Of a stretch of DNA of 64,000 nt, positions 30,664 to 38,514 are shown piece after piece. The notes below the pieces were generated by a model, which searched no databases, had not been told where the DNA came from, and saw only the letters and a program-made list of their open reading frames with translations. Numbering within the stretch: the stretch's first letter is position 1; each line of letters opens with the position of its first letter. Made by a program: the position numbers and the translations under genes. This stretch comes from a virus, in IMG/VR virus record IMGVR_UViG_3300033064_003894, positions 32,001 through 96,000 of that record; one strand, given 5' to 3'.

Positions 30664-30784
30664 TAGTTTCTTCTCTAATCTCTTCTACTAATTTATCTCG
30701 TTCGCTTATTTCTTCTTCAATTTCTTGGCCAGACATGTCATTAGCTACTTCTATAAAGCAAAAGTGCCCATCTTTTTCGTCCAT
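30638..30784 (-). CDS. Small acidic protein (48 aa)
   Basis: MDEKDGHFCF...EYYSQS, preceded by TGGTATAAAC immediately upstream. Confidence 0.45.
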   Translation of the reverse strand: MDEKDGHFCFIEVANDMSGQEIEEEISERDKLVEEIREETINEYYSQS

Positions 30785-30816
30785 AACTGTTTATACCATT
30801 TTTTTAAAAAAAGTAT

Positions 30817-30844
30817 TTGACAAACAGTTTGTAGTCATTAGAAT
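30817..30844 (+). promoter_or_regulatory. Sigma70-type promoter
   Basis: TTGACA-16 nt-TAGAAT; no credible ORF follows it. Confidence 0.7.
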
Positions 30845-30849
30845 TTCCG

Positions 30850-31200
30850 CGTCCAACTAAGGTTGGAGGGGAGACCCGAGACGATTCGGGGCAAGTTAAT
30901 ACTTGGATGGACGGGGGGAAACACCTCAGCTATACAGGCATACGTTTAACAATTAGAGGTTCCCGAAACCTCCAAAACAACGGCGTTACTGAACGAACAA
31001 TCTGGACATTTTAAATAGAAGATCAACAAATCAAGTGGTGGAAATTCTAAATTCAGGAGCATGCCCTGAACACGTTGTTCTATTCATTCAACATATTTTA
31101 CTATATAATTGCCATATCATCACAGATACAGAGATTTCCTTATTCTGCAGAGAGCAGCGCAACATATGCACCAGCATCGCCTCAGACATGCCTGTATTCA
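30850..31200 (+). ncRNA. Candidate structured non-coding RNA of unknown class
   Basis: Starts ~7 nt after the -10 box. Hairpins TCCAAC/GTTGGA, CCCGAG/TTCGGG, CAAGT/ACTTG, GAGGTT/AACCTC and TTCAGG/CCTGAA. Long-range ATACAGGCAT (30932-41) pairs with ATGCCTGTAT (31188-97). Confidence 0.5.
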
Positions 31201-31482
31201 CTTGTGCGGCTACATAATATGAAAAGTGGCATCTCACTCACCTTTTGTATGAAAATCGATTACAGGGCATTACAGACGCGTTTAAGCGAATGTGCCATTT
31301 TTCGGCCCGTAAATTATATGCTAGTCTTTCTATCGAAGGTCTCTCGCACGCGTAAGAGCTGCACGCGCTCGCGTAAGAGTTAACTGTTAATTGTATGCTT
31401 GGTAGCTAGGTAGGAAACCCTCCTCTATCCTCCCCCCTATAGTCCCCCCTCCTTCCTCCTCCCTTTAATCCGCATGCACCAT

Positions 31483-31522
31483 ATTTTTAAAAATAAAAAT
31501 GGAACACCCGTGTGGATGTTCC
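31483..31522 (-). terminator. Intrinsic terminator of 31543-31812
   Basis: GGAACATCCA-CA-CGGGTGTTCC hairpin followed by ATTTTTATTTTT on the minus strand. Confidence 0.7.
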
Positions 31523-31542
31523 AAGCCCGATAGGCATTTGGC

Positions 31543-31812
31543 TTAGCCTTCGTCTTCGTCGTCCGGGCTCTTCGGGCTACTCGTCCGAGCTTTCTTGTCG
31601 GCAGCGCTCTTGCGGTTGAACAGGCGCGAGCCTCTCACTCCGTCGATTGCGTAGCCGCCTCCGGCGACGATCGCAGTTCCGATGGCAACGGCGACACCAA
31701 CGGCGACGCCGAGTCTCAATCCGGTGAGCAGGGTGTTTCCAATCCCGCCAGTCGCCAATCCGGATTCGGAAACGACAGCCGAGGGTTCGGTGGGAAGTTC
31801 GATTTCGTTCAC
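31543..31812 (-). CDS. Small GC-rich single-TM protein (stand-alone cassette)
   Basis: GTG start with SD AAGGAG; hydrophobic GVAVGVAVAIGTAIVAGGG; charged tail; GC roughly 60% by eye. Confidence 0.7.
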   Translation of the reverse strand: MNEIELPTEPSAVVSESGLATGGIGNTLLTGLRLGVAVGVAVAIGTAIVAGGGYAIDGVRGSRLFNRKSAADKKARTSSPKSPDDEDEG

Positions 31813-31877
31813 AGGTCTTTCTCCTTAATTTCGAGTTCTCAGTAGTGCGAAACTTTGTTATGGTTTCACTTACAAGA

Positions 31878-31887
31878 TTTTATACCA
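31878..31887 (-). promoter_or_regulatory. TGGTATAAAA promoter motif
   Basis: The identical 10-mer occurs at 52748-52757 upstream of a similar cassette. Confidence 0.55.
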
Positions 31888-31953
31888 CTCAATGTTAATA
31901 AATTGACTAGTTTTAGGCCTTGAAAAGGACTGGAATGATGATAAGATATTGTT

Positions 31954-32448
31954 ATGAAAAGAGTAGTAACTAACGGCGTCAGAAGGGTCGTTGAGAGCTC
32001 ATTTATACCTCTTGCTACTTGGGAGGTTATATCTTCAGCAAAAGCGCTTAAAGTGCCAATTTCTTGCTCTAATTCCAAAACTGAACACTCGTCAATAATT
32101 GGGATACTTAACAAAATAACTAGTGAGTCATATGGATCTTTGATAAGATATAAGCCTTATGAGAAAAGAGATGTTCTGTGGCTAAATAACAGAATATTCG
32201 ACATGCCAGTAGAAGATCAGATAAAGTTATATTGTGACAACATAACTGCTGTAATATATGACGGATTTAAAGATGAAAATTTGTTTGCTACGGACGACTA
32301 TTTAACAGTAAGAAAGTACTTAGAAACTAGAAATTATTCTATGATGAGTGGAGACAAAAGGAAGAACAAAGAAATAATGAAATCTGTGCGTGCTGGCCAC
32401 TCTAGATGCATATTTTATCGTGACTATATTACGTCTTTTTCTTCTTAA
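31954..32448 (+). CDS. Hypothetical protein
   Basis: 164 aa; TGATAAGAT lies 6 nt upstream. Confidence 0.55.
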   Translation: MKRVVTNGVRRVVESSFIPLATWEVISSAKALKVPISCSNSKTEHSSIIGILNKITSESYGSLIRYKPYEKRDVLWLNNRIFDMPVEDQIKLYCDNITAVIYDGFKDENLFATDDYLTVRKYLETRNYSMMSGDKRKNKEIMKSVRAGHSRCIFYRDYITSFSS

Positions 32449-32857
32449 TCTTCTTAAGAATAGGAGACCTTTTAACCAATATTTCGCACAGTCTATTGTC
32501 ATTTACTGAAATACCACTATGTCTTTTATTATCTTCTATTGCATCAGCGACAGTGTCTAATATGTTCTGTATATCTATTTTTCCTCCCCACTTAGTTGCT
32601 GATGGGAAGGAGTCAAGCTTAGTTATAGTGACGCATATTTCATCTATAAGACAATCATACTCAAGAGTCATTGACATATAATTGTCAAAAGGAATATCCC
32701 ATCCTGCGTTTATAGCCTCTAGCCTTATGGCCTCAGCAAGATCCTTTTCATCCTTTCTTGCCTTAGAATTTGTCACGAACCGGCCCTTGAAAATATAATT
32801 GTTATTTTTTTTTCCTTTTGGGACCCGGAACCTAACGGTTATTTTGTCATTTTTCAC
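32429..32857 (-). CDS. RusA-like Holliday junction resolvase
   Basis: VPKGKKNN..KIDIQNILDTVADAI..NDNRL resembles the RusA DxDN..D..DD catalytic pattern. Confidence 0.6.
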   Translation of the reverse strand: MKNDKITVRFRVPKGKKNNNYIFKGRFVTNSKARKDEKDLAEAIRLEAINAGWDIPFDNYMSMTLEYDCLIDEICVTITKLDSFPSATKWGGKIDIQNILDTVADAIEDNKRHSGISVNDNRLCEILVKRSPILKKIKKKKT

Positions 32858-32900
32858 GTGAAACCATTATAGTAAAAAAAAATATTTTAGAAACTGACTG

Positions 32901-33263
32901 TTACATTATGTATTCATTAACAACTTCTTTAGCTTCAGTGAAACATTTTTTAGAAATAGTGTATATGTCTATTGCACATGAATCACATAAATCCTCTTCC
33001 TCTTGAAGATTAATATCTATAGAATTCATATGAACTCCCCAATGAGAAAGTTCGTGCAGGTAAACTAACGTTAATTCTTCTATGCTTATAGGTGCCGTTT
33101 TATTTAGCCAAATCCTTTGTGTTCTTCGAGAATAAACTCCAAAAGCCTTGGATAGAAAAAACTTAGGTGCTATAGTTAAAAGACTGCCAGTGTGAAATTC
33201 TGGCAAACAACCGTCATAGATCTGTCTCCTTATAAAAGAAGAAACAGTTTTTTTATTGCTCAT
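32901..33263 (-). CDS. ImmA/IrrE-like HExxH metallopeptidase-domain protein
   Basis: GVY..RIWLN..YLHELSH..EEDLCD. Confidence 0.65.
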   Translation of the reverse strand: MSNKKTVSSFIRRQIYDGCLPEFHTGSLLTIAPKFFLSKAFGVYSRRTQRIWLNKTAPISIEELTLVYLHELSHWGVHMNSIDINLQEEEDLCDSCAIDIYTISKKCFTEAKEVVNEYIM

Positions 33264-33993
33264 TTGTTATGGTATTGTTATTATTCTTTGTATGACAAAC
33301 TTCGCCACCGTAACTTGCGTAAAAAGGCGGCCGACAGTGTATGCTTCTATGAATTCAATTTATAGAGAAGATATATATTCAGTACTTGTAGAATGTGACA
33401 AGAAGTCTAATTTTGGTGATATTGAATGCTCTAAGTATATATTTGATGACAAGTATGAATGCTGGAATAGGTCTCACGCGTTGAATATTGGGATACAGCA
33501 CATATTAAAAGAAACAGATGCTAATTACATTATGATATACGATTGCGATAATTATGCATCACATGAAACCATTTCTGATATAATTGATTATACCAAAGAA
33601 AAAGATATTTTTTTCCCAAGAATAAGCAATTACGACTACAAAAAAACAACTGGCTTTGTTGTTGCATCTAGAGACAGGTTTGAGAACGACAAGTTTGATG
33701 AAAGACTTTTTTATTGGGGATACGAAGACGATGATTGGGCGTATAGGACAAAGAATTACAAAACATTTGACAAAAGTGCTATAGTAGATCTTGGAGATGT
33801 TGTACACTTAAGGGATAGAAGGAGATATACTCAAAGGCCACCAGGAATGAAGAAGTGGAACTGTTGGGAATACAATAGGATGATTGTAGACTATAAACTT
33901 GGAGTCAAGCCTGAACAGATGAAGTTTTCTAAGGGAGAGAACAGAGATGTATGGCCTAAAGAGTGGATGGACAGGTCAGAATACTACCTATGA
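33256..33993 (+). CDS. Glycosyltransferase (GT2/GT7 galactosyltransferase-like)
   Basis: WNRSHALNIG, YDCD, FDERLFYWGYEDDD. The real start is probably 33292. Confidence 0.8.
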   Translation: MLICYGIVIILCMTNFATVTCVKRRPTVYASMNSIYREDIYSVLVECDKKSNFGDIECSKYIFDDKYECWNRSHALNIGIQHILKETDANYIMIYDCDNYASHETISDIIDYTKEKDIFFPRISNYDYKKTTGFVVASRDRFENDKFDERLFYWGYEDDDWAYRTKNYKTFDKSAIVDLGDVVHLRDRRRYTQRPPGMKKWNCWEYNRMIVDYKLGVKPEQMKFSKGENRDVWPKEWMDRSEYYL

Positions 33994-34742
33994 AGTTCAA
34001 TCTAGTTTGTTATAATAAGCTCTTTTATGATGATATAAGCAAAAGTCTTGCTAAATATAACATCACATATTCTAAAGAGTTTGATATTCTAATAGTGGTA
34101 TCACCAAATATAGGAGAAAGACTAATGCATGAGTATTTGTCTATGAATTCAATAGAAGAAAAGCGTCTATTCTATGATCACATCCAGTCATCTATAATTA
34201 AGTGCAAATCTCATGTTATTTTTATATGCCCTCCAGTCATACACGGAGGAAGATATGAAGACTCAATGGATGCCAGCATCATATCTATGATGGACATTGT
34301 ATATAATCACAGCAAGAAAATGGGTCTGTCAAAAAAGTTAGGGACTGTTTTTGTTGAGGCAGTGTACGGTATGAAAGAATTTGATCATCAAATAAGCATG
34401 TTCGACTCTATAATGAAGATGTGCTCTAATGTATATGATAATGGATTTATATATTCAGCTATAAATAAGAAGTCAAAAAGGAGGCTCTGTAAGATAGATT
34501 CAATTTCAGAGGCAATAATATATTTTATAAAAAACATGTCTAATTCAACAATACACATAACGTCGCCACTTTATACAGTTGATAACGTAGTAGGGATGGC
34601 TGCAAGCCTAACAGGTAAAAAGTACAATATTGCATACTATGATCAGGGCCTTATAAGTGAATACAAAATAAATGGCCCAACATATGATGCTGGGCCGCAA
34701 GAGGATCGAATTAGAGAGGCTTTTCTTCTTTTAGATAAATGA
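33963..34742 (+). CDS. Degenerate NAD-dependent epimerase/dehydratase-like protein
   Basis: AVYG..., RRLCKIDSISEAI and an extended-SDR-like C-terminal layout; lacks GxxGxxG and YxxxK. Confidence 0.4.
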   Translation: MDGQVRILPMKFNLVCYNKLFYDDISKSLAKYNITYSKEFDILIVVSPNIGERLMHEYLSMNSIEEKRLFYDHIQSSIIKCKSHVIFICPPVIHGGRYEDSMDASIISMMDIVYNHSKKMGLSKKLGTVFVEAVYGMKEFDHQISMFDSIMKMCSNVYDNGFIYSAINKKSKRRLCKIDSISEAIIYFIKNMSNSTIHITSPLYTVDNVVGMAASLTGKKYNIAYYDQGLISEYKINGPTYDAGPQEDRIREAFLLLDK

Positions 34743-35264
34743 CAGAGCAATTCCTTCACGAAGACCCTCAAAAGTGCAAGTAGTTGACGTATAAGAGAAT
34801 TTTGAATCGAACTCTTTAATTCCATCTAGAGTCATAAAGTTAAAGGCTCCAATCCATAGTATTGTGCAAGATGACTTGTTAACGAGATTATTTTTCAATA
34901 AGTTAAGTCCCCTTCCCTTGCCAGCAAAGCGAGGAGCATCAACGATTATAAAATCGTAATTGCCTTCTAGTCCATCAAAGATCTGAGTTCCATCACAATC
35001 AATTATAGGCATATGCTCAATTACTATAGGAGAAGATGGATCGATCTTCTTTTGTATGTGAGACATGACAATCTCTTCTTCTTCTACGCATCTAATATTA
35101 TGCATATCCTGAAGACATGCAGCGATATTAGATGCGCCAAGAATAAGAATATTTTCAGGCTTAATCTTTTTTACAAGATTTCTTGAAAAAATACAAACAT
35201 CATCAGATGCTCCCCAAGCCTCTGGGGCAATCCGCATTTTCTTTATAGCTTCCGAGGCGATCAT
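34731..35264 (-). CDS. Class I SAM-dependent methyltransferase-like protein
   Basis: KPENILILGA, YDFIIVDAP. Confidence 0.55.
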   Translation of the reverse strand: MIASEAIKKMRIAPEAWGASDDVCIFSRNLVKKIKPENILILGASNIAACLQDMHNIRCVEEEEIVMSHIQKKIDPSSPIVIEHMPIIDCDGTQIFDGLEGNYDFIIVDAPRFAGKGRGLNLLKNNLVNKSSCTILWIGAFNFMTLDGIKEFDSKFSYTSTTCTFEGLREGIALSFI

Positions 35265-35492
35265 TCGGACATTTTAAAGTGCACGTTGTTGAAAATCAAC
35301 TAAAAATAACTGATCCTACTGCGACACCTATAAGAAAAACAACAATCTCTCTATTGTGCTCTCGAATGAATTGTTTAATTTTATCCATCTGTAGTAGTTT
35401 GTTCTTTTGTCCCAATCTTAAAAGACAGAACGATGCAATTATAATATAACAAAAAAATTGGTTAATAAACTAAGATTTTTATTTAGCGTTAC

Positions 35493-36479
35493 TTAAGCCG
35501 AAACGCTTTGGGACGCTTCTTTTTTTACCCCTGAGGAAGATATATAAGATTTGATGATTTCCAACAGATCTGATGGAGAATACTTAGAGGCGTCTTTTGA
35601 TGGCGATGTTGCAGTTCCTCTGCTAGCCATCGTTCCTGATTGAGAGAAAAGCCAATTTTCTTCGTCTATTAAAGATCTAAGCTCTGACACGTTAACTTCA
35701 TATAGGTCTTTATTCCTTATAATGCCAATGTCATTATCCTGAGAATAGACTATTATGTCGACATTTTCTCTGAACAGTCTCTTAACTATGTGCTTACTTG
35801 CAAGCGCTTTACTTCCATCGGCAATTGCCATTATGAATCCGTTATGCTCAACAGTGACAATATTTTTGCAAGCATGTTTTGCTCTCTTGGTCGTAGTCAT
35901 TCTGAAAAGCATTCCGTCAAGGATCTCAAAGAGAACCTGTTGTATTGAAGACAGGCTTTCATCTGCGTCAGACTCTGACTCGTAAAGATTTTTAAGACTT
36001 TCAAACACGCACAGAAGGTCCACCATGTGTGGCAAGAAGTGAGTCTTTCTGTTATTGTTTGCCCAAGGCCCGTCTTCTGTAAGAGTCGCATTCAGATAGT
36101 TTCCAAGGTGCGCCATAGAAGAATAACCATTTAGTACATCAGCTACAGACGCATCAGTATTTGGATCTTCTGAAATATCTCTTACTGAATTTATAACCCT
36201 AGAGAAACACCCACGGGTTACAAAGATTGATTTTTTTCTTCCAGTTTCCTTGTCCGTTATTTTTATTTCTTCTGGACCATATCTAATCTGTTCGCCATTT
36301 ACGGCGTCTTTTGCTTGCAATCCAATTGAGACATCGTCATCTGACATGTCACTACCAGACCAATTATTAGACTCGTAGCAAATAGCTTCTTCTGGTATTT
36401 CAAACGCTCTGCAATATAGCCAAGCAGCTGCTGCGCCATCTAAGTTTAAATGCCTAGGAAGGATGATTCTTTTTTTCAT
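35493..36479 (-). CDS. MYG1/DHH-like hydrolase, degenerate
   Basis: RHLNLDGAAAAWL at the N-terminus; W.F..SG..A.RG at the C-terminus. Confidence 0.4.
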   Translation of the reverse strand: MKKRIILPRHLNLDGAAAAWLYCRAFEIPEEAICYESNNWSGSDMSDDDVSIGLQAKDAVNGEQIRYGPEEIKITDKETGRKKSIFVTRGCFSRVINSVRDISEDPNTDASVADVLNGYSSMAHLGNYLNATLTEDGPWANNNRKTHFLPHMVDLLCVFESLKNLYESESDADESLSSIQQVLFEILDGMLFRMTTTKRAKHACKNIVTVEHNGFIMAIADGSKALASKHIVKRLFRENVDIIVYSQDNDIGIIRNKDLYEVNVSELRSLIDEENWLFSQSGTMASRGTATSPSKDASKYSPSDLLEIIKSYISSSGVKKEASQSVSA

Positions 36480-36931
36480 TGTATGTATGCCGACGCTTCT
36501 TTATACCCAGTCGGACGTGGGTCTTCAACGAGTACGTTTTGAACTTCGCCATGCACGGTTGTGTGTATAACTAACTTTGCTTTCTCTAAGTCTTTAGAGC
36601 TTAAAGGAATTTCGTATTTTGTGTATATGTCTATTATTTTGACTAGCTCTAATACTATACGAGACACCTGAGGTCTGGCTACTATTAGCGCAGCCCTTGC
36701 AGTATCTGGGTCTACTGATTTACATTCCTTTTCCTCAAAGGCTACTCCACCAAGATTGCCTTGCGATGGATCTCTCAAAAGTGAAAAACCCTGAAAGATC
36801 TTAACAGAAGGGAGTCCAGACCCAGGAGGAGGAGTCGCAATTATTGTATTTAGAGATATAAAAATCTGATTTCCAGGGACTTCTAATATGGTTGGCTGAT
36901 CTGGTTTTGATTGGTTCATTTTATTTACCAC
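36476..36931 (-). CDS. Hypothetical protein
   Basis: 151-aa ORF, ATGA-coupled. Confidence 0.55.
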   Translation of the reverse strand: MVNKMNQSKPDQPTILEVPGNQIFISLNTIIATPPPGSGLPSVKIFQGFSLLRDPSQGNLGGVAFEEKECKSVDPDTARAALIVARPQVSRIVLELVKIIDIYTKYEIPLSSKDLEKAKLVIHTTVHGEVQNVLVEDPRPTGYKEASAYIQ

Positions 36932-36977
36932 ACGAGATGTGGTAACATATTATACCTTTGATAGGGGTAGTTTTTAC

Positions 36978-37712
36978 ATGAGGAAGACAAAACTAAAAGG
37001 AGTGATAAGTGACATTCATGTTCCATTTCACGATGTAGCAGCTACTGCTCAAGCTATTGAGTATCTTAAAGATGCCGGAATTGATGAGCTAACGCTTCTT
37101 GGAGATATCTGCGATTTTATGGCAGTGAGCAGGTTTAGCCGTTCTCTTGAAAGAAGGGCTGGACTTAAATATGAATTAGACTCAACTATAGAGTTCTTGG
37201 ACGTTGTAAGGCAGACATTCAAAAAAATAAAAATAAATTATGTATGCGGAAACCACGAAGAGCGATGGGAAAAATATCTTATGGATAAGAGCCCAGAGCT
37301 CATAGGTTTAGAAGGAATGACAATACAAGAAAAGCTTAGGCTAAAGGACTTTAATATACAGTGGCATGAGACAAAATATATAGACAATGACATGGTATTT
37401 TATCATGGAGTCGGGCGCTCGTCAGGTGACGCAGGAGGTAGCGTAAAGCTTTGGCTTAACCACTTTATGACATCAGTAATAATTGGACACGTGCATAAGC
37501 AAGCAGTTCTGTACAAAAGAACTGGCACTGGAAGGGTTTTAGTAGGAATAGAAAACCCAACTCTTAGCCAGCTTGACCCAGAGTATGAGCCGACAGGAAC
37601 AAGCAACTGGCAGCAGGGAGGAACAGTATTATTAATGGATTACGCTAACAACGTAAATATACCCTATCCATTCCAAATATGTAATGGGAAACTGTACGCA
37701 TCAAAATTTTAA
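36978..37712 (+). CDS. Calcineurin-like metallophosphoesterase
   Basis: SDIH, GDICD, GNHE, HG and GHVH motifs. Confidence 0.85.
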   Translation: MRKTKLKGVISDIHVPFHDVAATAQAIEYLKDAGIDELTLLGDICDFMAVSRFSRSLERRAGLKYELDSTIEFLDVVRQTFKKIKINYVCGNHEERWEKYLMDKSPELIGLEGMTIQEKLRLKDFNIQWHETKYIDNDMVFYHGVGRSSGDAGGSVKLWLNHFMTSVIIGHVHKQAVLYKRTGTGRVLVGIENPTLSQLDPEYEPTGTSNWQQGGTVLLMDYANNVNIPYPFQICNGKLYASKF

Positions 37713-37714
37713 AA

Positions 37715-38490
37715 AAAAATATATTAAAGGTACGTATTACACATTTTTGAGATGTCACCAGGTCTAAGAGGTCCCACTCCACTTCAATTTCACCTCGCAG
37801 AGTTTCTACGATCGACGACGTCGACGTGTACATGCATTCGAAAATCGAAAATGTGGATCCGGATAAACTTGTGGGTTAACTCCACTGCTCGTGTAGAGCT
37901 CACGTGTACCGACTTTCTGTAAGTCGAAGTGAATTCCTATTCCTTACTTTTAAGTAAGTGATAGATGAAAAGGTATCCTTTTCAAAGAAATAATACGGGT
38001 TTTTATAAGTTACTTTTTTTTCTTTAATAATCTCAATTAATTAGATACTCTCTTTTGAACTAGCTATACTTTCCGACATTTACCGAAAACGCTAAACCTA
38101 CGCGCGTCGCCTGGCCCTGCAGGTTTCGAGGAGAGGACATTCTCTACCCACCCCATCTGGATTAATTTTTGATTAAAGTGAAAGTTACAAATGCCTGCCA
38201 GGCGTGGGTCGCGACGGCGGGTTTAAATTATCCGGGCCCGCCGGCGCCTTTGTAAATGAAAATTTACCTGTCTTCACTTTTAGTGAAGTGACCATTGTTA
38301 TGGAATCCACAACCGAAATTGAGCTAGCTATAACTTATGTTGCATACTCTTTTTTCAACCTGCATAAGTTTATTTTCACCTTTATGGCTAAAGGTTTGTA
38401 GGTTAACTTCTTAACCACACATCTAAGGTTCTTAAGGAATCCTTAAGATGATTGCAACATTGCTTTATACCCAGAATGAATTCTTTTTTT
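37715..38490. repeat. Non-coding palindrome/inverted-repeat array (natural polylinker-like)
   Basis: 12 different 6-bp palindromes in 37809-37936; several 8-bp palindromes (CCTGCAGG, ACGCGCGT, GTCGCGAC, CGGGCCCG, CGCCGGCG, AGCTAGCT); about 10 stem-loops. Confidence 0.85.
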
Positions 38491-38499
38491 AGTTTTATA

Positions 38500-38508
38500 T
38501 GATATAAT
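38500..38508 (+). promoter_or_regulatory. Extended -10 promoter of the RNAP gene (leaderless)
   Basis: TGATATAAT lies 6 nt before ATG 38515. Confidence 0.6.
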
Positions 38509-38514
38509 TAGATC

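Noticed and set aside
31035-31383. ORFs 31035-31217 and 31075-31383
   Set aside because: Non-ATG starts, no RBS, atypical composition; they overlap the structured non-coding region
35296-35388. 30-aa hydrophobic ORF MDKIKQFIREHNREIVVFLIGVAVGSVIFS (-)
   Set aside because: A plausible membrane peptide, but too short to support without homologues
37809-37936. Cloning-vector multiple cloning site contamination
   Set aside because: The order does not match the pUC or pBluescript linkers I know, there is no lac/T7/M13 flank, and the palindromes continue through AT-rich sequence into a phage-type promoter. A UniVec check is still needed.
37645-38401. ORFs 37645-37833(-) and 38204-38401(+)
   Set aside because: Short, no motifs or start signals; likely chance ORFs in the palindrome array
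30664-38514. CRISPR array in the intergenic gaps
   Set aside because: No regularly spaced direct repeats of 23-50 bp and no cas genes
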